From assembly GCA_034780895.1 (NCBI GenBank), contig JAUZTB010000001.1, positions 48,813,321 to 48,877,320 on the forward strand: a DNA stretch of 64,000 bases, read 5' to 3'. The notes under the pieces were generated by a model. The model made no database searches and was not told the DNA's origin. It saw only the letters and a list, made by a program, of their open reading frames with translations. The stretch comes from Rhynchobatus australiae. Its lineage: Eukaryota. A program made the translations under genes and the position numbers. This document shows positions 1 through 11,608 of the stretch, piece after piece. How positions within the stretch are numbered: the first letter of the stretch is position 1; the number at the start of each line of letters is the position of its first letter.

Positions 1-759
1 TATCCTGCTGTTCCATAGGCTTTTTTTTGTAATAGATAGCCATTATATAAACATTGAAGTTTGTAAAGAGGCAAATGATCACTGATAACAAAGGAAATCC
101 TCTGGACTCCTCACTTAAATATTTTGAGCATTTTCTACTCCATAAAGATTAGGTTTGAAATTTGCAGTGACACAGTTGTCCTTTATATAGCTGTCTTTTC
201 CATGTTGCATGTAGGAGATTAATCTCTTTTCAAACCATTGTGCAAGCCTGCACCATTGTGAAAATACAATTAAGAAGATAAGAACTAACAGCATGACGAG
301 GTCATTCAGGCCTTCAACCAAATCTGCTCTGGTATTGAATAAGATCTTAGGTGACCTTCTGCCTTGCACTCTTTCCACTTTCTCATATCATTTCCATATC
401 TCTTATAACCCTTATTATCTAAAGTCTATCTCTTGATTATGGGCACTGACTGCACATGTACTGTGTATAATTTAGACACTTCCGAAAGATTCAAAACATC
501 AAGTTTTTTTAATTCTCGAAGGGTAGTGAATCTTCAGAATGATCTACTGTACTATATGATGCTGTAAATGCTCAATCCTAAATGTCTAACTTCTTAATCT
601 AAGACTGTGACCCTTGTTCTGGATTCCTTAACTGGTTGAAACTCTTCTCATCCTCTACTGTGCCAAGCCAGTCTTAGGCGATCATATCTTATTCTTCTAA
701 CCACAAGAGAATGTACTCTTAAGACTACGTGATCCATCCTTGTAAGGTTATTTTCTTAT

Positions 760-1715
760 TTCAAGTGCCACAGAAGATGTAGCACCTGTCCTTTCACCTC
801 TTCCCTTCCCACCATCCAGAGACCAAAATAGCCTTTCCAGGAAAAGCAGTGGTTCGTTTTCACTTCTTCCAATCTAGTGCATTGCATTCTGTGTTCACGA
901 TGTGATGTCCTTTATAATGGAGAAATCACATGCAGATTGGGTGCCTACTTCAGTCTGCAGGTGTGCTCCTGAGATTCCTGTGGCCTACTAATTTTATTCT
1001 CCATCCCATCCTCACTCTGACCTATCTGTCTGTGCCATTCTACGCTATTATAACGAGGACCAAGATAAGTTTGAAGAGTAACACCTCTTTAATAACAACT
1101 TTTAAAAGACAATTGGTAAGGTTTAAAAGGTTATGGGCCAAGTGCTGGCAAATAGGAATATCTTGGTCAGCATAGACCAGTTGGGTCAAAAGGCCTGTTT
1201 CCATGCTGTATAACTCTGACTATGAATCATCTGTCTGGAGATGTTGCATCCTTCCAGACTCCATATCAAATTCTCAAACTTCAGGTCACTCCCTTTTCTC
1301 TGCATCAGAACGAGCCACGTCGTCCATCTATGATATTGGCTCAGTTTTACTCTGTCCAATAGCACAGGCTGGCCTACTGGGTGTGTCCTACATTTCATAA
1401 CTCTTACATTCCTTTGTGCTCTCGGTCTCTAATTGCCCACATTTTAAATGAACAAAGGGCCAGGTTCTCTGACCCCATTAACCCACTGACCAAATGGCCT
1501 CATTTACGGCCTAGATGCTGGGCAAACCTGTCCTTGCCCCTTTAGTGGTATTCCCTATGTCCCATCCATCCCTCCCCACCCTCTCTGCAACTTTAACTTG
1601 TTCTCCCTCTTTCCTAAATGTGATGAAGGGTCTTCAACTTGAATCATTAACTCTGTTTCTCTTTCCACAGATGCTGGAAACACTCAGCAGGGCTGCATTT
1701 TCTGCTTTTATGAGA
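760..1715 (+). mobile_element. Penelope-like element remnant (GIY-YIG endonuclease plus terminal repeat)
   Basis: 783-945 translates, with a stop and a frameshift, to TCPFTSSL..TIQRPK*PFQ..NLVHCILCSRCDVLYNGEITCRLG, a degenerate GIY-YIG. The tail at about 1615-1710 has TGATGAagggtcttcaacttGAAtcatt...cacagatgctg. Confidence 0.8.
1092..1225 (+). mobile_element. Short CR1 3' end inserted into the Penelope remnant
   Basis: tttaaaagacaattgg...gggccaagtgctggcaaat...ggcctgtttccatgctgtataactct is a CR1 3'UTR. Penelope sequence resumes after it. Confidence 0.7.
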
Positions 1716-2924
1716 AACTTATTTGCCTTCATGGAACTGTAATAATGTTGTTCATTAGATAAAAAAGACCAACACTGTGTACATTATTCCAGTGGGGAAT
1801 TTTCAATCACCAATGTTCCAGTATAATTGCGTTGATGTTTCCTCTCTCTGACTGTGATCCCTTCATGATGAGCTTAATCTAGATCTTGCTTTTCTATACA
1901 CTTTCCTGTTAATTTGTAGCCCCCGTGCAAGGACATCATGGGGCCTTTGAATACCAGCATTTCTCATTTTCTCAATATAAGAAGAAAAGAGCAGATTATT
2001 TTTTTAACTAACATCGTAATTTCAGAATTGTCACCTTGTCCTCCTCCTGCCGCGTTCTTGCGCACTGCTCAGAATCCTGTGCAGCCTCTTAATGTGGGGG
2101 TGTGACCAGAGATGGTTTTCCCTTCAGTTTTCGCAAGCGCTAAGGTGAGGATCAATCTATATACTGTCTCATGATCGGTACTTTTATCAGCTATTAACAG
2201 TCTTGATCATGTGCAGGTCAAGCTTCTTGTAATTTAAAGTCTCTTTGACCAATCTTGGCAGCAGCAGAAAAGTGGCTATTCTTGTCAGCTATTCTTGTCA
2301 AAGATGACAAAATATTTGAGTGGTCTTAGTTGAGGTCAACGGTGAGTGTTGTTACTTCGTAAACTGCAAATTCAAGGCTGCAGATACCTTGGTCTTAGAA
2401 ACTTAATTGATTGAGAGGGAAGTTACAAGAGGGGGTTCCATGCTTCCCTGTTGCATAGAGCTATGTGTGAATTTTAAAAAAATTTGTATCATCTGTGAGA
2501 GTTGTTTTTGAACTTGGAGCACAAGAGTAAAAGCTGACTGAATTTGCTTTTTAGTGAATTATTTTTCTAGTCCTGATTTTGTCTGTCTAAGATTTGAATA
2601 AATAGAGAATGGTGAAATCGTGTGAACTTCGTGCTATGTTTTATTTTGCTTCAAGGCTTTAGCTGCATCGTTTAGACCCCGAATGCTTTTTCTGCTCTGC
2701 CAGCACTTGACTGATATTGGCCTCAGACATTGCATGAATTTTTACAAAATAAGGTGCAGTGGATGTAATTTATAAGGTTGTAGTCCCAATTACCTGTAAG
2801 TGATTAATAAAACAGAATGCCATTATGGCTAAATACTTACCTCCTTTGTGAGGAGTTAGAGTCATACAGCATGGAATTGAGCCCACAGTATCCCTACTTT
2901 CAACCTCCTGAAAATCAAACAAAA

Positions 2925-3032
2925 TGCACCTGCTAAAAATCTGAAATAAAAACAGAAAATACTAGAAACACTCAGCACATCAGGCACGTCTGTGGAAAGA
3001 GAAACAGAGTTTGTTTCAGGTGGAAGACTCTT
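2925..3032 (-). mobile_element. Penelope terminal-repeat fragment
   Basis: Reverse complement of the ...gaaac..actctgtttctctttccacaga..gcctga..tgctgagtgtttc tail. Confidence 0.7.
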
Positions 3033-3039
3033 TTAACAA

Positions 3040-4560
3040 TCACCCTCTGCCTCCTGTTGCCAAGCTAGTTTTGGATCCAAGTTGCCAAATTGCCTTGGAT
3101 TTTGTGGGCTCTTAACTTTTAGACCAGTTTCCCAGAAGGGACTTTGTTAAAGGCTTTACTGATGTAGATTACCTCAACTGCACTACTGTCATTGACCCAC
3201 TTGGATACTTTCTTGAAAAATTCTGTATTGGCCAGATAGGACCTCCCCTAAACAAAGCCATTCTGACTACTATTGATTAATCCTTGTCTCTCCAAGGTCA
3301 ATGCTTACTCTAAGGAGTTTTACTTGTAATTTCCCTACCATCAATATTTGACTTACTGTCTTGAAATTACCTGCTGCCCTTCTTGAATAAAGATACCACA
3401 TTTACTATCCTCCAGTCACCCGATTTTTGTACATTTCTGAGTCCCAGAAATCTCTTCCTTTTGCCTCCCAAAGTGCCATGGAATAGATCTAATTGAATCC
3501 TGGGAAAACATCTATCTTTTAAGCCAGTTCAGACTTCCAATGCCCCCACCTCTTCAATATTACTCTGTTCTGGAATTCCACCACTGTCTTCACTAAACTC
3601 ATTTAAGACCTCAGCTACATTCTCTGGTTCCAAGCACAGATTTCCACTTTGGCCCCTAATGAACCTAGCACTTCCCTTGTTCATCCTCTTACCCTTAACC
3701 TGTTTATGCTGTGAGATTTTCCTTCAATCTTGCCTGCCAGTGCCCCCTCATTGCCTTCCTAATCACCTTTTTTATAAAACAAAACACTTTATGCCTTCTA
3801 TACTCCTGGAGGGTTTCTTCTATTTTCAGTTTTCTAAATTTGCCAGAAACTACATATTTTTCCTCTTTTATCCAACCCATGATACCTAGGGTTTGTTGGA
3901 CTTGTTGGATTTGTCTTTCACCATTGCACGGATATACTAGCCCTGTACTCTGTTCCATTTCTGTGCTCCTACATGTAACATGTAGACTTCCTGCAAGTAG
4001 CTGCTCCCTCTTCACTTTTACAGGTTCCGCCTCCATCATATTTGAAATAAGCCTTCTGTAGTTCAAAGTCTTAATTTCCAGTTGATCCTTGTTCCTTGAG
4101 TTATAGTCACTATATCCTGAAATGTGTCTCATTGACACTCCCTCCACTTGCCTGGCTACATTCCCAAAAATTAGTTCCAGTACCACTCCTTTCTCAGTCG
4201 GACTACCTCCAAAAAAAGACTTCCCAGAATTCATCTTAAAAATTTCCCACCCATGACGCCTCTCATGCTAAGGCTATCTCAATTAACATTGGGGATGTTG
4301 ACTTCCCTTACCAATGCTACACTATTATTTTTACACCTCTTAGTGATTAATCTGCATAACTGGTCCTCTACCTCCTGCTCGTTGATTGGAGGTCTGTAAT
4401 TCACCTCCATCAAAGTGATCACCTTCTTTTATTTTCTAAGCTCTGCCTTTATGGCCTCACTTGCAGAACCTTCTGAAATATATTGCCTTCTGACAGCCGT
4501 CAGAGACTCCTCGATTAATATTGCAGTGCCACCTATTTTTAAATACCACCTCCCCCCCCT
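3040..4560 (-). mobile_element. Degenerate CR1 LINE (endonuclease and RT remnants)
   Basis: Reverse-strand remnants of WIQN, DVxYxxFSKAF and SQxGF, plus endonuclease-like LELIFGN..QVEGVS..SDYNS in ORF 3704-4234. Confidence 0.75.
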
Positions 4561-7500
4561 GTTATCGCTGAAGTTTAGAAAAGTTTGCCAAAATAAATTG
4601 TTGAAGAATGAGCTCTAAGAAGAGAATCTTGCATACATTGCAAGAAAAATCTGTGGCAAAATTCAGATTAGTTACCCCCTTCATTTAGAAGCTATAGATG
4701 CTGTTTGGGCACCAAATTGACATTAGTATGCACACATGTGGAGAGACTCTTGCTAGATACTGCATTTTTAAAGGCAATAGTGGGTATTTACTGGATGTTT
4801 TCACTCGGAGTGGGCAGATATTGACATCAATGAGTGTCCAATGCTGATTCACTCCCAGCAGTGCCACATGGAAGTTTTCACTCCGGCAGAAATCCTTTCT
4901 TAAACACACATTGCAGAACATTTGCTAAACAGCCCTACTTAAAGGAATCATCCACTGCTTGCAGATTAGTTCTGGTTAATTTCATCTNNNNNNNNNNNNN
5001 NNNNNNNNNNNNNNNNNNNNNNNNNNNNTTTGTTTCAATGCAAATATCTGTGGGCTGCAGTGTGGGAAAAGTTGAAGGGTTGATTTTTGGGCTTTTTCAT
5101 CAAACAATTTGTCCTAGCCACACAGGTATGTTAGTGGGCAGTTCCCTCAGAGTACTGCTTGACTGGGAGAATGAGTACAATGTCCGCAGAGCACTGCATC
5201 ACTCAGATGTGGGATAGTTGCAGCTTGTGCTGCACTGGAAGCTGGAATATTGCCCATCAGTTGCTACTTCATGGTTGGTTTAACAAGTGTACCAATTGAG
5301 CTGGGTAGGCTCCAAGCTCTTTGCAAAACCCTGTGACAGATTAGTACTGGACCCTTCTAAGCTCTTCGACAATGAATGTAAAATTCCTGGCAAGTTTCCT
5401 GTTGCACTAACTATTCCATTTGGCAAACCCATCTGCTGCCTTTTGTACTCTTTCCTACTAAAATCCTCAACTGAGTAGACCCCCCCCCACCCCCCAACTG
5501 ACCTACTGTATGTACTCACTCTGACTGGCCACCTGTCCTATACTTTCCTCCTGCATTAGTTGCAAACCAGGCAGCATCATTGTGCCTCTATGCTATCCTT
5601 TAAGTGCAGAATCGATGCCCAGGTTGCTGGTTATGAGTGTGAAATTGAGTGTCTGTATTCATCTTGTGTTGTTTTGCTGTTCCTCCATTGCCTGGCCGGA
5701 TTGTAGATATGGGGCATCTGAAATGGGATAAAGCGGGGAAAGTAAGAGGTCCTCTGTTATGCCATCTGCAGTTAGTAAAACAGAAGCATTTGTGGGCTGA
5801 AGGGGAACTGGTATACAGGAAGGAGCATTAGATGAGTTCATTAAACATATTGAGCTTAAAGATCTCTGGATATTTTAATATCAAATGCAAATCTAAAATT
5901 TGTAATATTCACATATTGCTCTGGTAACTAAACTTCATTGCCAAAGATCACAAGTTCAAATCACATTTTCAGTCATATAAATTAGCTTGTTCTTGCTCCT
6001 CATAAAAGCGAGAAAATGAGCAGAAGCCCTTCTTCCAAAATTAAACATCACTTCCTTATTCTGAAATTGAATCGAAGAGAAAATGGAAGGAGACTGCCAG
6101 CTCTGCATTTACAAACTTAGTTGGTTTCACCTTATGGGGAAATCAATTTAAAAGATTAAAAACACAAAATGCTTCATCTTGGAACCGATCCTTCAATTGT
6201 GCAAAATGATGCATTGATCAAGAGGCTGGTAACATTTAAAATCACAATCACACAGACAGGGTGCTGGTGGGGAGTTAACCAAAGACCAATGTACTGCAAA
6301 GAGCAAGGTTCACTGAATGGATGCTTCAGCATTGAGGCTTATACAGTGGAGAGACGAATACCACTTACACTACCTAAAGGGACCTTTGACAATGAAGTTT
6401 AATTACCAGAGTAGTGTGTGGAAATACAAATTTTGAATCTGCATTTGATATTGGACGATGTAGAGATCTTCAAGCTCTACAAATTCAATAACATTGACTC
6501 TCAACCACTAGGTTGAAACAATTGCCTTGGGGTTGATCCCTTGCCAGTTATAGTTGTGTCAGTGCTTTGTACTCTGCCTTTGAAATTCATTTTATTATGA
6601 TGAGTTGAAGTCATTGGAAATATTTGGCATGAATTTAGGAGGCACATCACATTACACATTTCCTAGCACCAAATAGGAATAAATTTTAAATTAATTTTCT
6701 TTTTGGCAGAAGTGGACTGGAATAATGTTTAATATTGTGGGAGCTGAATTCTGTGTTTGCATCTTTGCCTCAATGAGTTTTCTTGTATTTTTGTCAGCAG
6801 ATTAGGCAATGCTAATAAGTTGAGACAAATTATTAACTGACCATATGGTTTATTTCACATGAACTTTAGTGGCTGGTGCTGCTCCCTATATTTGTTGGGA
6901 GTTGTTGCACAGTGAAGGTCACGTCTAATGTGCCTCAGGGTGGACAGAATACACACTGATTTGAAGGACAGCAGAGGATCACGTGGGTTTCCAAGGTTGC
7001 AAACCCTGGTTCATTTGAAGAAAATGGCTATGGGGCTGTGTANNNNNNNNNNNNNNNNNNNNNNNNNNNNNNNNNNNNNNNNNNNNNNNNNNNNNNNNNN
7101 NNNNNNNNNNNNNNNNNNNNNNNNNNNNNNNNNNNNNNNNNNNNNNNNNNNNNNNNNNNNNNNNNNNNNNNNNNNNNNNNNNNNNNNNNNNNNNNNNNNN
7201 NNNNNNNNNNNNNNNNNNNNNNNNNNNNNNNNNNNNNNNNNNNNNNNNNNNNNNNNNNNNNNNNNNNNNNNNNNNNTATGCACACACTTCAGCACAGGTC
7301 ATGGGGAAAAGCTCATGAGAGTGAACTTTGTTTGTACTACTCAGCCCAAAGTCTTGAAACTAGTTGTGGCACAGCTTTCCTGACTAAGAACATTCAAATC
7401 CCTGCAGATTAACTATTTAACCTGGGATCTTTTTCCTCTGTGACTCAGTAATACACTGGCTTTTGTCCTTATCCCCTTGTTCAGTTGTAACTACTTAACC

Positions 7501-7864
7501 TCTGTACCCTTGCTCCTTGACCTTATTTATTTTCCCCCTTATTGTTATCACTTTACCATTCTCTGGGTAAAGTAGTTTCCACTGAATTCCCTTTGGATTT
7601 CTTAGTGTCTTAGCGACTTGTATATCGTGACTTTTTAGGTGTACTCTTCCTCAGGTCAATGTTCTCTTTGTCTACTCTTTTGAACCTTTCATTGAGGCTA
7701 TTTTCCTTTCAGGAGAAACGACCCCCAGCCTGTTTTCCCCTTCCCTTGTTTGTACAAACATTGCATTTCTGGTGTCAGGCTTGCAAATCATTTTTACATC
7801 CTTCACTGTCCTTTTTTTTATGATGTGGACACTGGACTGGTATGCAGCAGTCCATATGAACACT

Positions 7865-8180
7865 AGCTGTAAAAACAGGAGTGGGCCATTTGGCTCCTTA
7901 TGCCTGCTCTGCCATTCAGAAAGATCAAGGCTGATTCTCACCTCACTACCACTTTCCTGAGCTAACCCCACATCACCTTGATTCCCTTAATATTGAAAGA
8001 TCTATTGACACCTGTCATCAATATACTTAGCCATGGTCTCTAGGACATGTTACTTTCTGGGTGGAACTTCTCATCTCTGTCCTGAGTGGCCAACCCTTTA
8101 TTTTGGGATCATAGTCTTGGGCTCTGGGCATTCCAGCCAAGGAAAGCTTTATATCCATTCCTACCCTGTTAAGCCACCTA
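7865..8180 (-). mobile_element. CR1-like 3' end fragment
   Basis: acaggagtgggccatttggctcc..cctgctctgccattc..aagatcaaggctgat is typical of a reversed CR1 3'UTR. Confidence 0.6.
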
Positions 8181-8204
8181 ACATTATTACTTGCTTCATA
8201 GATT

Positions 8205-9025
8205 CAGAGATTGGTAGAATTATAGAGCAGAAAACCAGGACCTTTTGCCCAACTCATGCACGCCAATCAAGAGGTCTGTCTAAACTAATCCCACTTGCCT
8301 GCGTTTGGCCCATATCCCTCTAAACCCTATCCATGTATGTGTCCAAACATTTTTTAAATGTAGTAATTGTACCTGCCTCTACCATATCTTCTGGCAGCTT
8401 GTTCCATATGCCAACCACAGATTGTGTGGGGAAAAATGTTCCTCGGATCCTCAGATCTTTGCCCCCTCACTTTAAACATATGCCCTCTTGTTTTATACTC
8501 CCCTACTGTGGGACAAAGATGTTGACTACCTATGCCCCTCACAATTTTANNNNNNNNNNNNNNNNNNNNNNNNNNNNNNNNNNNNNNNNNNNNNNNNNNN
8601 NNNNNNNNNNNNNNNNNNNNNNNNNNNNNNNNNNNNNNNNNNNNNNNNNATAAACCTCTATAAAGTCACCCCTCAGTCTCCCTTGCTCCAGGAGAAACAG
8701 TCCCTGCCTATCCAATTGCTCCTTATAACTTGAGCCCTCCAGTCCTGGCAACATCCTTGTGAATCTCTTCTGCACCCTCTCTGGCTTAATCACATCCTTT
8801 AGTGTGGCAACCAGATCTGCACACAATACTCAAGTGCAGTCTAACCAATGTTTTATACAACTGTAACATAACATCCCAAAGCATGTACTCAGTGCCACAG
8901 CCAATGAAGGTAAGCACGCTGTACATCTTCTTCATCACTCTGTGCACCTGTGCCACTTTCAGGGAACTATGTACTTGTACTCTTGGGTCTTTCTGTTCTA
9001 CATCACTCTCCAGAGCCCTGTGATT
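8205..9025 (-). mobile_element. 5'-truncated CR1 LINE
   Basis: ORF fragments ERVQKRFTRMLPGLEG..YKEQLDR, RLRGDFIEVY, KTRGH and MLQLYKTLVR, followed by a CR1 3'UTR. Confidence 0.9.
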
Positions 9026-9069
9026 CACTTTTTCAATAAGGTAGCCTTTCATTCTTCTAAACTAGATGA

Positions 9070-9365
9070 GGACAGCTTGGAGTTAACACTGCTGCCTCAC
9101 AGCGCCAGGGACTCAGGTTCAATGCTGATCTTGTATGCTGGTGTGTGGAGTTTGCATTGCCATTGCCGTGATTACATGGGTTTCCTCCCATATCCAAAAC
9201 ACATGCTGGTGGGTTATTTTACCACCTGCCCTAAATTACCCCTCAGTAGAGGTAAGAGGTAAAAGAATCAAAGGGGAATTGATGGGTGTGTGAGAGAGAA
9301 TAAGTTGATGGGATTGGTCAGTTGAGAGGGGCCTAGAGCCAATGCACTTAATGGCTTCGTGTTGT
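9070..9365 (+). mobile_element. tRNA-derived V-SINE (HE1-like)
   Basis: tRNA-like head with B-box (ctgctgcctcacagcgccagggactcaggttcaat), then V-domain-like gtgtggagtttgca...catgggtttcctcc. Confidence 0.75.
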
Positions 9366-10737
9366 AATAGGTCTGTGTGTGAGAGATGGACCAATTGTGG
9401 GGCAGGCATGCAAAGAGACGATGCTCAGTTTTGAAAACATTTTAAGTACTTGGGCTATGGGTCCGGGAGGGGTCCTGGACTAGGCCCCAGCTCTGTTCAA
9501 GCAGACTTGCACTGTGAAGTGCATTGATTACTGAGGGTGGGCAGCGAGTGTGTCAGCTTTGCTGATTTAAGGGAGTGGGCACTGCTTGCCCCCTGATGTG
9601 TGAACAGCTAACTTTTTATGAAAGTTTTTTTTTATATTCCGAGTGGTTTGGAGTGCTGCTTTTGGAATTAACTTCTAAGTGTAAGAGCATACACATTGAG
9701 GGGCTTCAAAAGCTCACCACCTTGTAAAGGGTAACTGGCAAACCTCGTATTACANNNNNNNNNNNNNNNNNNNNNNNNNNNNNNNNNNNNNNNNNNNNNN
9801 NNNNNNNNNNNNNNNNNNNNNNNNNNNNNNNNNNNNNNNNNNNNNNNNNNNNNNNNNNNNNNNNNNNNNNNNNNNNNNNNNNNNNNNNNNNNNNNNNNNN
9901 NNNNNNNNNNNNNNNNNNNNNNNNNNNNNNNNNNNNNNNNNNNNNNNNNNNNNNNNNNNNNNNNNNNNNNNNNNNNNNNNNNNNNNNNNNNNNNNNNNNN
10001 NNNNNNNNNNNNNNNNNNNNNNNNNNNNNNNNNNNNNNNNNNNNNNNNNNNNNNNNNNNNNNNNNNNNNNNNNNNNNNNNNNNNNNNNNNNNNNNNNNNN
10101 NNNNNNNNNNNNNNNNNNNNNNNNNNNNNNNNNNNNNNNNNNNNNNNNNNNNNNNNNNNNNNNNNNNNNNNNNNNNNNNNNNNNNNNNNNNNNNNNNNNN
10201 NNNNNNNNNNNNNNNNNNNNNNNNNNNNNNNNNNNNNNNNNNNNNNNNNNNNNNNNNNNNNNNNNNNNNNNNNNNNNNNNNNNNNNNNNNNNNNNNNNNN
10301 NNNNNNNNNNNNNNNNNNNNNNNNNNNNNNNNNNNNNNNNNNNNNNNNNNNNNNNNNNNNNNNNNNNNNNNNNNNNNNNNNNNNNNNNNNNNNNNNNNNN
10401 NNNNNNNNNNNNNNNNNNNNNNNNNNNNNNNNNNNNNNNNNNNNNNNNNNNNNNNNNNNNNNNNNNNNNNNNNNNNNNNNNNNNNNNNNNNNNNNNNNNN
10501 NNNNNNNNNNNNNNNNNNNNNNNNNNNNNNNNNNNNNNNNNNNNNNNNNNNNNNNNNNNNNNNNACATCTATATTTGTAGTGATCGATTAAATGTGCTGG
10601 CAAGTAAAGGAGTGGCTATTGTAAATTTTGAATTATGATACTAGATGTTTATATATATATCCTGCTGTTTACTTAAATCTTAAAAGGCATTGTCTTTATA
10701 AAGTCAATCATTCATGAGGTGCGTTTTCCACCCACAG

Positions 10738-10780
10738 CTAATTACCTTCATCCTCACAGCAACTCATTGCTGACAGTAAG
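10738..10780 (+). CDS. ITPRID2: ITPRID2/SSFA2 first visible coding exon (ANYLHPHSNSLLTV)
   Basis: Acceptor cccacag| and donor AG|gttagt; 43 nt, phase 1-2, joins the next exon in frame. Peptide resembles the recalled human SSFA2 segment 'ANHLH'. Confidence 0.7.
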
Positions 10781-10877
10781 GTTAGTTTCTTTTTCAATAG
10801 ATAACAATATGTCTTCACTTTTGTCCAGGAAGAGGCTTTTGCTATATTTCTAATCAATATTGTTTGCCCTATTGCAG

Positions 10878-10973
10878 TGGCACATCAGCTGAGGTAAAAC
10901 GTAACAAGTTTTATCAAATGGGAAGCAGCATGAACTCCACTGGTTCTGGCAAGAGTAATGCTACTGTATCGAG
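10878..10973 (+). CDS. ITPRID2: ITPRID2 coding exon (GTSAEVKRNKFYQMGSSMNSTGSGKSNATVS)
   Basis: Acceptor ttgcag| and donor AG|gtaggc. SMNSTGSGKS is the motif preceding the KRAP IP3R-binding domain. Confidence 0.9.
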
Positions 10974-11399
10974 GTAGGCTGGTGTTTAGTGAATGCTTTT
11001 TGTTTCCAGTTGAACAATATTATCTTGGTCATTAATATTTCATAAATGTATTTTGTACTTGGAGTATAATATCATATAATTTTGAGAAAATCATGTACCT
11101 GAGTAAACAGAGCTTTTCTGAAAAATAGGCTTGGCAGATTTGTCAATTATCTAAGATTAATTAAATAATCATGATTAATAATACACCAGTTGCCCAGTAT
11201 TACTTGAGAAAGCAGTCTTTGTTATTCAACAAAATCTCAAATGTAATAGTTACACAATAAAGTGACAATACTAATTTGTTCATTTTCATGGTCAATGTTA
11301 TAATCATTTCAGATGTTTGGTGCACTTGTGCAGTTTTTCAAGTTTTAGCAATCTTAACATTGCAACAAATTTGATGTTATGTTAATTTATACTTTTCAG

Positions 11400-11608
11400 T
11401 GTTTCAGAATTATTGGACCTTTATGAAGAAGATCCTGAGGACGTCCTCTATAATCTTGGGTTTGGAACAGATGAACCTGACCTTGCATCTAAAATTCCAT
11501 GTCGATTTTTTAATGCTTCATCATTTGCAAAAGGAATAGATTTTAAACTATTTTTAGATGCTCAAATGCAACGTATGGAATTGGACAATCCAAATTTTGC
11601 CCTCACAA
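11400..11608 (+). CDS. ITPRID2: ITPRID2 coding exon, KRAP IP3R-binding domain core
   Basis: Encodes [70 protein letters not shown]. Acceptor ttttcag|, donor A|gtaggt; overlaps ORF 11413-11754. Confidence 0.96.

Noticed and set aside
2275-2300. 13-bp tandem duplication (gctattcttgtca x2); a similar one at about 55060-55080
   Set aside because: Ordinary slippage duplications with no array structure, so not CRISPR-like.
9075-9130. tRNA-like A/B-box sequence
   Set aside because: It is the head of a V-SINE, not a complete cloverleaf.
1-10700. Upstream ITPRID2 exons (SFEDDLSLGAE-type motif) and promoter
   Set aside because: Not found by eye and no CpG island is present; they are probably upstream of the window or in gaps.
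11400-11608. Assignment to the paralogues TESPA1 or ITPRID1
   Set aside because: Downstream exons ([46 protein letters not shown]) fit SSFA2/ITPRID2 across the whole length, as recalled. A phylogeny would confirm this.
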